DNA from: an uncultured Chloroflexia bacterium
Lineage (GTDB): Bacteria > Chloroflexota > Limnocylindria > Limnocylindrales > CSP1-4
NCBI GenBank assembly: GCA_963755285.1
Contig: CAVWJB010000001.1
Span: 167,333-231,332, forward strand
Direction of reading: 5' to 3'
DNA: 64,000 nt
The number at the start of each line of letters is the position of its first letter. The first letter of the stretch is position 1. A program made the position numbers and the translations under genes. Below are positions 9,718 through 18,411 of the stretch, piece by piece. Below the pieces are notes generated by a model. It was not told the origin of the DNA, searched no databases, and saw nothing but the letters and a program-made list of their open reading frames with translations.

Positions 9718-9744
9718 GACGAACGGTGCGCCCACGAATCGACA
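9718..9744 (-). promoter_or_regulatory. candidate ECF-type promoter TGTCGA-N17-CGTC upstream of yciI-sigma
   Basis: The minus strand reads TGTCGA (9744-9739), a 17-nt spacer, then CGTC (9721-9718), about 50 nt upstream of the yciI ATG. Confidence 0.4.
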
Positions 9745-9825
9745 GCCTGCGAGGACAAGTATCCACCCTCCGGGCGCCGGGTTCGCCGGCCGGTCGGACG
9801 GGCGCGACGCGGTATCGTTCCCGGC

Positions 9826-11316
9826 ATGCCCACGCGCCAGGAAGTCCTCCGGATCGGTGAGCGGGACGTGACGATCACGAACCCCGACAAGGTCTACTTC
9901 CCCGACGCCGGCCACACCAAGCTCGACCTCGTCCGCTACTACCTGGCGGTGGCCGACGGCGCGCTGGCCGGGGTCCGCGGCCGGCCGATGGCCCTCAAGC
10001 GGTTCGTCGACGGGGCAGCCGGTGACTTCTTCTTCCAGAAGCGGGCGCCGGAGAACCGGCCCGACTTCCTGCGCGTGGCGACGCTGTCGTTCCCATCGGG
10101 CCGCACGGCCGATGAGATCGTCCTCGACGAGCCGGCCGGGCTCGCCTGGGTGGTCAACCTCGGCTGCATCGACCTCAACCCGCACCCGGTCCGGGCGGAC
10201 GACCTCGACCACCCCGACGAGCTGCGGATCGATCTCGACCCGGTCCCGGGCGTGCCCTGGTCGCAGATCCGGGAGGTGGCCCTGGTTGCGCGCGAGGCCC
10301 TGACCGACGTCGGTCTCGTCGGCTGGCCGAAGACGTCCGGGTCGAGGGGCATCCACATCAACGTCCGGATCGAGCGCCGCTGGACGTACCCGGAGGTTCG
10401 CCGGGCGGCCCTCGCGATCGCCCGCGACGTCGAGCGCCGGGCGCCGTCGATCGCGACCTCGAAGTGGTGGAAGGAAGAGCGCCACGGCGTCTTCCTCGAC
10501 TACAACCAGAACGCCAAGGACCGGACGGTCGCATCCGTGTACTCGGTCCGACCCACGCCCGATGCCCGGGTCTCGATGCCGCTCGCCTGGGAGGAGGTCC
10601 CCACGGTCGAGGCGGAGGCGTTCACCGTGGCGACCGTCCCGGCGATCTACGCCGAGCGCGGCGACCCGGGGGCCGGGATCGACGAGGCCGTGGGTTCACT
10701 CGAGGCGCTGCTCGAGCTGTCGGCCCGCGATGAGGCCGAAGGGCTCGGCGACGCACCGTGGCCGCCGACGTACCGCAAGCAGCCGGGCGAGCCTCCCCGG
10801 GTCCAGCCGTCGAAGCAACGCCGGCCGGACGCGGATTACGACACGCCCGAAGCGGAGGCCGAACGCGAGAAGTCGCGGGCCGCGCTCGAGCGGCGCTGGT
10901 CGGGGACGCGCCCCACCCCGACCGGCCGGCGCAGGTCGTCGATCCCGGTCATCGAGATCTCGCGGGCCGCGAAGAAGGACGATGCGCTCGGCGGGCTGGA
11001 ACGATGGAAGGCACGCTGGCCGAAGGCCGCCGAGGCGCTCGAGCCGGCCGACGTCCTCGTCGACTCGATGCGCGGCCGCTCCACGACGTGGACGCGGGTC
11101 CGGGTCAACCTGACCCACGTCGCCGAGGCCGACCGGCCGCCGCAGGAGGCGCTCGACCCGGACTACGACCCGATGACCGAGTATCCGGAAGCCGATCGGG
11201 CCGCCTGGCTCGAGGCCTCCACTCAGGCGCTGAAGGCCGCGAAGCCTGCCAAGGCTCCGGGGCCCGTCGAGGTCCCCGCGACCGACGCCGCGAAGGGACC
11301 GCCCGAACGGCCGTGA
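9826..11316 (+). CDS. stand-alone AEP primase-polymerase (LigD Pol domain / Prim-PolC-like) with ~165-aa C-terminal extension
   Basis: ITNPDKVYFP, FFFQKR, IDLDP, KTSGSRGIHI and FLDYNQNA are motifs of the LigD polymerase domain. The tail starts after PWPPTYRKQPGEPPRVQPSK. Confidence 0.9.
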   Translation: MPTRQEVLRIGERDVTITNPDKVYFPDAGHTKLDLVRYYLAVADGALAGVRGRPMALKRFVDGAAGDFFFQKRAPENRPDFLRVATLSFPSGRTADEIVLDEPAGLAWVVNLGCIDLNPHPVRADDLDHPDELRIDLDPVPGVPWSQIREVALVAREALTDVGLVGWPKTSGSRGIHINVRIERRWTYPEVRRAALAIARDVERRAPSIATSKWWKEERHGVFLDYNQNAKDRTVASVYSVRPTPDARVSMPLAWEEVPTVEAEAFTVATVPAIYAERGDPGAGIDEAVGSLEALLELSARDEAEGLGDAPWPPTYRKQPGEPPRVQPSKQRRPDADYDTPEAEAEREKSRAALERRWSGTRPTPTGRRRSSIPVIEISRAAKKDDALGGLERWKARWPKAAEALEPADVLVDSMRGRSTTWTRVRVNLTHVAEADRPPQEALDPDYDPMTEYPEADRAAWLEASTQALKAAKPAKAPGPVEVPATDAAKGPPERP

Positions 11317-11714
11317 CCCGGACGGAGTTCGGCGCGCTGTTGGACCGGCTGGCCCTCGGTTGGGCGGCCGGGGACGCCGAGGCCGTCGCCCGGGAGTTCG
11401 CCGAGAAGGTGCGCTACGGCGACCCGACGCGCTACCGGTTCACCGACCGAGCCGACCTGATCCCGTTCTTCGAGCCCCCGCCGGCCGGCCATTCGGTCGT
11501 CTGGCATCGCTGGCTGTTCGACGAGACGGCCCAGTCGGGCATCGCCGAGTACACCTACGAGGGACACCGGCGGTATCACGGAGCCGCCCTGGTCGAGATC
11601 GACGCCGACGGGCGGATCGCCGACTGGCGCGAATGGCAACACGTCTCGGAGCTCGACTGGGAGCGGTTTGCTGCCGGGCCGGAGCCGCCCACTCGACCTG
11701 GCGGAGTTCAGTGA
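11313..11714 (+). CDS. SnoaL-like / NTF2-fold protein
   Basis: The GTG at 11313 overlaps the Prim-Pol stop as GTGA. VTRTEFGALLDRLALGWAAGDAEAVAREFAEKVRY..IAEYTYEGHRRYHGAALVEIDADGRIADWREW. Confidence 0.65.
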   Translation: MTRTEFGALLDRLALGWAAGDAEAVAREFAEKVRYGDPTRYRFTDRADLIPFFEPPPAGHSVVWHRWLFDETAQSGIAEYTYEGHRRYHGAALVEIDADGRIADWREWQHVSELDWERFAAGPEPPTRPGGVQ

Positions 11715-12142
11715 GGCTTCGGACCTGCGGGACTGATGGACCGGTCGGCCGGGTTCCGCCACCTCAACGTGAGCGCCAGTAGCACGTAACCGGCCGAGAT
11801 TGATCCGATGACGGCATTCCCCGAGGCGGTGCCGCCGATGAGCCGAGGTACCTCTTCGACGAGGACGACGCCGGCAAGCAGAACCCCCAGGACCCGTGCC
11901 CACGTTCGTCCTCCCCAGACGCCGACACCGCTGACCAACCCGGCCAAGCCGAGTGACGCGAAGAAGACGCCTGGGACGGCCATCGCTGCACCGATTCCGG
12001 CCCACTCACCAGTCGACCCAGCTGGGGCGGGATCTGAGAGCACCGCGAGTGCGACGAACCCGGCACCGAACACCATGGCGAGGAGACCAACCACGACGAG
12101 GATGATCCCGGCGATCCTGACGAAGCCACCCTGCCGGGCCAT
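11708..12142 (-). CDS. four-TM membrane protein, unknown function
   Basis: Hydrophobic stretches run throughout. Its ATG overlaps the upstream gene's stop as ATGA. Confidence 0.7.
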   Translation of the reverse strand: MARQGGFVRIAGIILVVVGLLAMVFGAGFVALAVLSDPAPAGSTGEWAGIGAAMAVPGVFFASLGLAGLVSGVGVWGGRTWARVLGVLLAGVVLVEEVPRLIGGTASGNAVIGSISAGYVLLALTLRWRNPADRSISPAGPKPH

Positions 12143-13143
12143 CAGCCGGCGACGCCGGCCGCGCTGACCACGCTCCGGGTGAGCCGGTCGGTCGCCAGGG
12201 CGTCTCGATAGGTCGACAGGACGCGACCCGGATCGCTGGTCTCGACGGCATCGAGGAACGCCTCGGACTCGACCTCGTACGGATCGCGCTCGTTCGTCGA
12301 GCGCACGACGCCGGACGGCTCGGTGAAGACGACGTCCCAGCTCAGCTCTTCGCGTTCGGTCGCGAGCCGGATCGTCGTCCTGAGGTCGGGCGAGACGAGC
12401 TCGAGCTGGATGACCGCCGGCGTCAGCCGGCGGGTGTTGACGAACGATCCGGCGGCACCCGACTCGAAGCGCAGGACGGCCGACGTGGAGCCGACGACGT
12501 CGACCACCCGGCCCACCGGCGGCGGTGGCACGGCCGTGCTCGCGGCGCCGACGACCGACGCCTCACCCACGAGATGCCGGGCGAGATCGTAGAGGTGGGT
12601 CGCCTGCTCGACGACCTGGCCGCCACCCTGGTCGACCCGCCCCCACCAGTCCGGTCCGGGCGTGTCGTCGAGCCACTGGGCAAGGACGAGCTCCGGCGGT
12701 CGTTCGGCGAGCCGGCGCCGGACCTCCGGCAGGAAGTCGAGTCCGCGCCAGTGATAGCCCACGGCCACCACGAGCCCGGCCCGATCGATCGCGTCCGCGA
12801 TCCGGGGCGCGGCCGAGCCGTCCCGGGCGGCGAGCGGCTTCTCGACGAGGAACGGCAGGCCGCGTTCGATGAGGAGGTCGCACGCTTCGGGCGTCCGGTA
12901 CGGTGGCGTGCAGACGTAGACGACGTCGGGACGCTGCTCGTCGAGCAGTCGCTTCATGTCCGTGTACGTCGGGGTCTCTCGACCGGCAGTCGCCGCCGCG
13001 GCGCGCTCGATGGTCCGCGACATCACGCCGACGAGCTCGGTCCGGTCGAGCCGATCGAGCGCGGGGAGGTGCCTGGCCACGATCCAGCCCGCGCCGAAGA
13101 ACGCCACCCGGAGCCGTCGCCCGGTCGAGCCAGCAGGGCTCAA
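12142..13143 (-). CDS. Gfo/Idh/MocA family oxidoreductase
   Basis: LRVAFFGAGWIVARHL Rossmann motif and LVEKP motif. The in-frame TTG at 13143 overlaps the ligase stop as TTGA. The track start at 13239 would overlap the ligase gene by 100 nt. Confidence 0.85.
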   Translation of the reverse strand: MSPAGSTGRRLRVAFFGAGWIVARHLPALDRLDRTELVGVMSRTIERAAAATAGRETPTYTDMKRLLDEQRPDVVYVCTPPYRTPEACDLLIERGLPFLVEKPLAARDGSAAPRIADAIDRAGLVVAVGYHWRGLDFLPEVRRRLAERPPELVLAQWLDDTPGPDWWGRVDQGGGQVVEQATHLYDLARHLVGEASVVGAASTAVPPPPVGRVVDVVGSTSAVLRFESGAAGSFVNTRRLTPAVIQLELVSPDLRTTIRLATEREELSWDVVFTEPSGVVRSTNERDPYEVESEAFLDAVETSDPGRVLSTYRDALATDRLTRSVVSAAGVAG

Positions 13144-14234
13144 CCCTCGGCCGCGCCGAAGATCGCCGACAGCTCGTAGGCCGGCGTCTCCGCCAGCTGG
13201 TCGTAGCGGCAGTCCTCGGGCCGCTTGTCCGGGCGCCACCGGACGAACGTCGTCCCGTGCCGGAAGCGATCACCCTGGAGATGGTCGAAGGCGACCTCCA
13301 CGACCCGCTCCGGGCGGAGCGCCTCCCAGGACAGGTCCCGGCCGCGGTTCCAGCGGCTGGTCGCCCCCGGCACGCGCTGGCCGGATGCGGCGGCCGCCTC
13401 GGCCCATTCGGCCCACTCCGCCCAGGGATGACCGTCCATCGCGTGCTCCCTCAGCGGAGCCAGCTCGGCGACGAGCTCCGCTCGACGCGCCATCGTGAAC
13501 GAGGCCGTGATCCCGACGTGGTTGAGCTTGCCGGCGTCGTCGTACAGCCCGAGGAGCAGCGAGCCGACGAGCGTCCCGGGTCCGTCCTTGTGCCAGCGGA
13601 ACCCGGCCACGACGCAATCGGCCGTGCGCTGGTGCTTGATTTTCAGCATCGCCCGCTTGCCCGGCTGGTACGGCGCATCGAGCCGCTTGGCGATGACCCC
13701 GTCGAGCCCGGCTCCCTCGAACCGATCGAACCAGTCGGCCGCCAGGGCGCGGTCGCGGGTCGCCGGGGTCAGATGGACCGGCGGCGCGGCCGACCCGAGG
13801 ACGGTTTCGAGCCGGGCTCGACGCTCGGCCTGGCCCACGGGCCTGAGGTCTTCGTCGTCGAGCGCCAGCAGGTCCCACGCGACGAAGCTCGCCGGTGACT
13901 CCGCAGCGAGCATCTTCACCCGGGACGCGGCCGGATGGATGCGGAGGAGCAGGGCATCGAAGTCGAGGGCGCCGTCCGGCCCGACGATCACGACCTCGCC
14001 GTCGAGGACGCTCCGGTCCGGGATCGACGCGAGGAGGGGAGCCGCCAGCTCCGGGAAGTAGCGGTCGAGAGGCTTGAGGTCACGCGACTGGGTGAGCAGC
14101 TCGTCGCCGTCCCGGAACACGATCGCCCGGAACCCGTCCCACTTCGGCTCGAACAGCCAGCCGTCACCCTCGGGCAGCCCATTCGAGGGCTTGGCGAGCA
14201 TCGGCTCGAGCGGCGGCTCGATCGGCAGGTGCAT
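13140..14234 (-). CDS. ATP-dependent DNA ligase, stand-alone (LigC-like)
   Basis: LEPMLAKP..WLFEPKWDGFRAIVF carries the KxDG adenylation motif. The 364-aa size matches single-domain LigC-type ligases. Confidence 0.92.
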   Translation of the reverse strand: MHLPIEPPLEPMLAKPSNGLPEGDGWLFEPKWDGFRAIVFRDGDELLTQSRDLKPLDRYFPELAAPLLASIPDRSVLDGEVVIVGPDGALDFDALLLRIHPAASRVKMLAAESPASFVAWDLLALDDEDLRPVGQAERRARLETVLGSAAPPVHLTPATRDRALAADWFDRFEGAGLDGVIAKRLDAPYQPGKRAMLKIKHQRTADCVVAGFRWHKDGPGTLVGSLLLGLYDDAGKLNHVGITASFTMARRAELVAELAPLREHAMDGHPWAEWAEWAEAAAASGQRVPGATSRWNRGRDLSWEALRPERVVEVAFDHLQGDRFRHGTTFVRWRPDKRPEDCRYDQLAETPAYELSAIFGAAEG

Positions 14235-14362
14235 GGTCCGACGATAGCCGAGCCGCGAAGAACCGGGGCACCGACGGCGCGAACCCTGGCGGTGCCGCCC
14301 GGTGGGCCGGTAGCCTGCGGTCGGTCGCCGTCCGACCGATCGATCTGTGGCAGGATCGGGCG

Positions 14363-15199
14363 ATGGGCAGCCTCGCCGAGCGCTATGACGCCTGGGCCGA
14401 TCGCTACGGCACCTGGTGGGGCCCGGTCCTCGCCCCGACGGCCGTTCGCCTCATCGACAATTTCCCCCCGGAGGCCCTGCCCGGCGCTCGGCCACGGGTC
14501 CTCGACCTCGGAACGGGCACCGGCGTGCTGGCCCTCGAGGCCGTGCGGCGCTGGCCGGCGGCCCGGGTGGTCGGACTCGACGCATCGAGTGGGATGCTCG
14601 GGATCGCCGCCCGCGAGGCCGCCGGCTCACTCAGCGCGGACGAGCGCGACCGGCTCGACTTCGTCGTGGGCGACGCCACCCGCCTGTCGTTCGCCGATGC
14701 CTCGTTCGACCTCGTCGTGGCGTCGTTCGTCCTCCAGCTGGTGTCCGATCGGACCGCCTGCCTGCGCGAGGTGCGGCGGGTCCTCCGGCCGGGCGGCCAC
14801 TTCGCGTCGGTGACCTGGCTGGTCGCCGACGACCGCTACGCCTTCGCCCCGGACGAGGCGTTCGAGGCGGTGCTCGACGACCTCGAGATCGACCCCGAGG
14901 GCGAGGCCGAGGAGCCACCCAGCGGCGACTTCGTCTCGGCCGCGGCCGCCGCCGCGCAGCTGCGCCGGGCGGGGTTCCACGAAGTCAGGGCCGAGGAGAG
15001 GCTGCTGGTCCATCGCCACGACCCGACGACCTACCTCGACTTCCTCGAGGAGTACGCCGAGAGCGACACGTTCGAAGATCTCGACCCGGACCTCCGGCGA
15101 CGGCTCCGCCGGCAGACCGCCGAGAAGCTCGCCCGGCTGCCGGACGCGGCGTTCGAATGGCGGGCGCCGGTCGTCGAGGCGGTCGGACGCCGGCCCTGA
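14363..15199 (+). CDS. class I SAM-dependent methyltransferase
   Basis: VLDLGTGTGVLALEA is motif I, and LRPGGHF is the post-II region. Confidence 0.9.
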   Translation: MGSLAERYDAWADRYGTWWGPVLAPTAVRLIDNFPPEALPGARPRVLDLGTGTGVLALEAVRRWPAARVVGLDASSGMLGIAAREAAGSLSADERDRLDFVVGDATRLSFADASFDLVVASFVLQLVSDRTACLREVRRVLRPGGHFASVTWLVADDRYAFAPDEAFEAVLDDLEIDPEGEAEEPPSGDFVSAAAAAAQLRRAGFHEVRAEERLLVHRHDPTTYLDFLEEYAESDTFEDLDPDLRRRLRRQTAEKLARLPDAAFEWRAPVVEAVGRRP

Positions 15200-15217
15200 C
15201 CGGCGACGCGTCCTCGG

Positions 15218-15901
15218 CTAGCTCTCGCTCGACTCCTCGTCGCCCGTGGCCGGCGTCTCGCCCTCGGCCGCCTCGGCGGCCTCCGCGGCTTCGGCGGCCT
15301 CGGCCTCCTCGGCGCTCACGACGACCGGCTCTTCCTCGATCCGCGGCTGCTGGACGCGAGCCACGATCTCGTCCGGATCGGTCAGCAGGGTCACGTCGGA
15401 CGGGATCGACAGGTCGCGCACGTGGACGGTCGCCTCGAAGTCGACGAGGTCGTCGATCCTCAGGTCGATCGACTGCGGAAGGTGGTCCGGGAGCGCGCTG
15501 ACCTTGACGCTCTGGAGGATGTGGAGGAGGGTGCCACCGAGCTTGTCGACCGCGTACGACTCGCCGACCGTTACGAGCGGCACGTCGACCGTCAGCTCCT
15601 CGGTCATTCGAACCGCGAACAGGTCGACGTGGAGCATCCGCCGGTAGACCGGGTCGCGCTGGACGCCCTGGACGAGGACCGGGGTGGCCTTCTTGCCGTC
15701 GACCGACAGGTCGATGAGTGCGTTCTGGCCGACCCGCCGCTGGAGCAGCTCGAACTCGTGCGTGTCGAGGCTGAGCGGCTGGGACGTCATGCCGTGGCCG
15801 AAGACGACCGCGGGCAGCTGGCCCGCCCGGCGCAGACGCGCGACCTGCTTGCCGGTCAGCTCGCGGTTGGTTGCGGCCAGGGTCGGCCGATCGGTGCTCA
15901 T
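15218..15901 (-). CDS. rplY: 50S ribosomal protein L25 / general stress protein Ctc
   Basis: GKQVARLRRAGQLPAVVFGHG..DPVYRRMLHVDLF. The start is taken at the internal ATG 15901 (MSTDRPTL). The tail is acidic (AEAAEAAEAAEAAEGE). Confidence 0.9.
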   Translation of the reverse strand: MSTDRPTLAATNRELTGKQVARLRRAGQLPAVVFGHGMTSQPLSLDTHEFELLQRRVGQNALIDLSVDGKKATPVLVQGVQRDPVYRRMLHVDLFAVRMTEELTVDVPLVTVGESYAVDKLGGTLLHILQSVKVSALPDHLPQSIDLRIDDLVDFEATVHVRDLSIPSDVTLLTDPDEIVARVQQPRIEEEPVVVSAEEAEAAEAAEAAEAAEGETPATGDEESSES

Positions 15902-16004
15902 GGTGTCTGGGGGATCCTCCGTCGATGTGCACCGGGCACGGTAGCACAGGCCGGTCTCCGACCCCGTCCGGCCCCACCCCCCGGTTCGGGGTAGGATCAC
16001 GGCC

Positions 16005-16703
16005 ATGGCCGCCACCATCCTGATCGTCGAGGACGAGTTCGCCGTTGCCCGGGGGATCCAGTTCGCCCTCCAGCAGGAGGGCTACGAGGTCGTCGTGGCC
16101 CGATCGGGCGAGGAAGGCCTCGAGTTCGCCACGAGCCAGGCGCCGGATCTCGTGGTGCTCGACGTCCGGCTGCCCGGGATCGATGGCTTCGAAGTCCTCC
16201 GCCGGCTCCGGGCGGCCGGTTCGAAGGCCCCCGTCCTCGTCCTGACCGCGCGCGACGACGAGGTCGACAAGGTGATCGGCCTCGAGCTCGGGGCGGACGA
16301 CTACCTGACCAAGCCGTTCGGGCTGCGCGAGCTGATGAGCCGGATCAAGGCCCTCCTCCGACGGGCCTACGGCGACCTGGCCGACGCAGCCGGTGGCCGG
16401 GTCATCCGTCATCGCGACCTGCTCATCGACCTGGAGCGCCGGCGCGTCCAGCGCGGCCACAAGCGGGTCAGCCTGACCGCGACCGAGTTCGAGATCCTGC
16501 GCCACCTCGCGAGCCGGCCGGGACGGGTCTACTCCCGGCGCGAGCTGCTCGAGCTGCTGCGGGACTACGAGGCGCTCGACCAGGACGAGAAGACGATCAA
16601 CGTCCATGTCAGCCATCTGCGCGAGAAGATCGAGGACGATCCTTCGAACCCCGCGTTCGTGCTGACCGTGAGGGGTGCCGGTTACGCATTCGCCGAGCGC
16701 TGA
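16005..16703 (+). CDS. OmpR-family response regulator
   Basis: ILIVEDE..DLVVLDVRLPGIDG is the receiver domain. LTATEFEILRHLA..VRGAGYAF is the winged helix. Confidence 0.95.
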   Translation: MAATILIVEDEFAVARGIQFALQQEGYEVVVARSGEEGLEFATSQAPDLVVLDVRLPGIDGFEVLRRLRAAGSKAPVLVLTARDDEVDKVIGLELGADDYLTKPFGLRELMSRIKALLRRAYGDLADAAGGRVIRHRDLLIDLERRRVQRGHKRVSLTATEFEILRHLASRPGRVYSRRELLELLRDYEALDQDEKTINVHVSHLREKIEDDPSNPAFVLTVRGAGYAFAER

Positions 16704-16761
16704 CAATCAGCCAATCGCCGCGTCAGGCGCGGCCGGCAGGCCGTGGCCGCTCCGCCGGATC

Positions 16762-18342
16762 ATGCCTCGAACGTTCCAGGGCAGGCTCACCCTGGGCTTC
16801 ATCTCGGTCGTCTCGCTGACCCTGCTCCTGGTCAGCACGGCCGTGGTCATCAGGCTCGACGACTACTTCCTCCAGCAGGAGCAGCAGGCGCTCGACAGCC
16901 GGGCCAACTCGATGGCGGCAATCACCGCCCTGCTGGCTCCGCAGATCATCGGCGGCCCGATCGTCACCTCGGACAACCACCTGACGGACAAGGCCGTCAC
17001 GTTCTTCTCGTCCGACGTCCTCGACAAGCTCGCCGACACGTTCGCCGAGGCCGATGTCAGGGTCCGGGTGGGCACGCCGACCCGGACGTCGCAAGGCTGG
17101 GCGGTCGTCCCGGCCGAGGAAGGCACGTTCTCGGTTCCGCTCCAGGGCCCGCCCAAGCGCGGCCAGGCCCGTGATTCGATCACGTCCGACCCGGCCGTCC
17201 AATCGTTCCCGGCCAACATCCCGCCGTGGGCGATCGAGGTCACGCTGTCCAATCCGTACACCTCGCGGGCGTCGACGCTCGCCCAGGTGACCGGCCTGCT
17301 GATCGTCGTCGGGATCATCGCGTTCATCGTGTCGGTCGCCGTTGCGTCGTTCCTGGCCCGCCGGTTCACGACCCCGCTCCGCCGGCTGACGACGGCGGCC
17401 CGCGATCTCGAGCAGGGCGAGCTCGGCAGCCGCGTCCCGACCAGGCTGGCGGCGACCGGTGCGATCGAGATCTCCGAGCTGTCCCGTCAGTTCAACGCGA
17501 TGGCCGATCGGCTCGAGGAAAGCGTCGCGATCATCCGCCGCGACCGCGACCGCAGCCGCGACTTCCTCGCCGACGTGTCCCACGAGCTGCGGACCCCGAT
17601 CACCGCCCTGCGGATGTCGAACGAGCTTCTCAGCGAGTCGGCCGGCGACGATCCCGACACGCGGGCCGAGTTCCTCGAGTCGAGCCGCCAGCAGCTGGAG
17701 CGGCTCGACTGGCTCGCCCAGAACCTGCTCGAGCTGTCGAAGCTCGACTCCGGGCTGGTCCTGCTCGATCTCCGGCCGGACGACCTCCGGGCGGCCGTCG
17801 AGTCGTCGGTCGAGCAGGCCCAGGCGAGCGCCAACCGGCGCGGCGTGTCGCTCCGGCTGAGCCTGCCGCCGAACCCCGTCCGGATCCGCCACGATCCCCA
17901 GCGGATCGGCCAGGTCGTGACGAACCTGGTCCACAACGCGATCAAGTTCACCCCCCGCGGTGGGTCGGTCAGCGTCGAGCTCGAGCCGGACCCGGAGGGT
18001 GCCCGGATCGTGGTCCGCGATACGGGCGTCGGGATCGACGCTTCCGAGCTGCCCCGGATCTTCGACCGGTTCTACCGCGGGACGATGGCCAACGAGGCGC
18101 GCGGCAGCGGGAGCGGGCTCGGCCTGGCGATCGTCAAGTCGATCGTCGACCTCCACGCCGGCCGGATCTCGGTGGACAGTCGGCTCGGATCGGGCACGAC
18201 CTTCACCCTGATCCTGCCGCTCGATCCGCGAGCCGTCACCGAGACCCCCCGCCCATCGAGCGATCTGGATGATCGCCTGGAGCAGCCCGAAGGCACCGTT
18301 CGACCAGAGGTAGCGGATTCTTCACCATCCGCAGCCTCCTGA
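16762..18342 (+). CDS. sensor histidine kinase (two TM, HAMP, HisKA, HATPase)
   Basis: SHELRTPITAL is the H-box and GSGLGLAIVKSIV is the G2 box. The track start GTG at 16675 overlaps the regulator by 29 nt, so I prefer ATG 16762. Confidence 0.9.
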   Translation: MPRTFQGRLTLGFISVVSLTLLLVSTAVVIRLDDYFLQQEQQALDSRANSMAAITALLAPQIIGGPIVTSDNHLTDKAVTFFSSDVLDKLADTFAEADVRVRVGTPTRTSQGWAVVPAEEGTFSVPLQGPPKRGQARDSITSDPAVQSFPANIPPWAIEVTLSNPYTSRASTLAQVTGLLIVVGIIAFIVSVAVASFLARRFTTPLRRLTTAARDLEQGELGSRVPTRLAATGAIEISELSRQFNAMADRLEESVAIIRRDRDRSRDFLADVSHELRTPITALRMSNELLSESAGDDPDTRAEFLESSRQQLERLDWLAQNLLELSKLDSGLVLLDLRPDDLRAAVESSVEQAQASANRRGVSLRLSLPPNPVRIRHDPQRIGQVVTNLVHNAIKFTPRGGSVSVELEPDPEGARIVVRDTGVGIDASELPRIFDRFYRGTMANEARGSGSGLGLAIVKSIVDLHAGRISVDSRLGSGTTFTLILPLDPRAVTETPRPSSDLDDRLEQPEGTVRPEVADSSPSAAS

Positions 18343-18411
18343 CTGAATCCCAAGTCGCCACCATGGACATGACCCTGCCGATCCTCCCGAACCCGGAGCC
18401 CACCTCGAACG

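Noticed and set aside
14985-16706. 573-aa minus-strand ORF
   Set aside because: It is antisense to the response regulator, overlaps the L25 gene in another frame, and has an extreme Arg/Pro/Gly composition.
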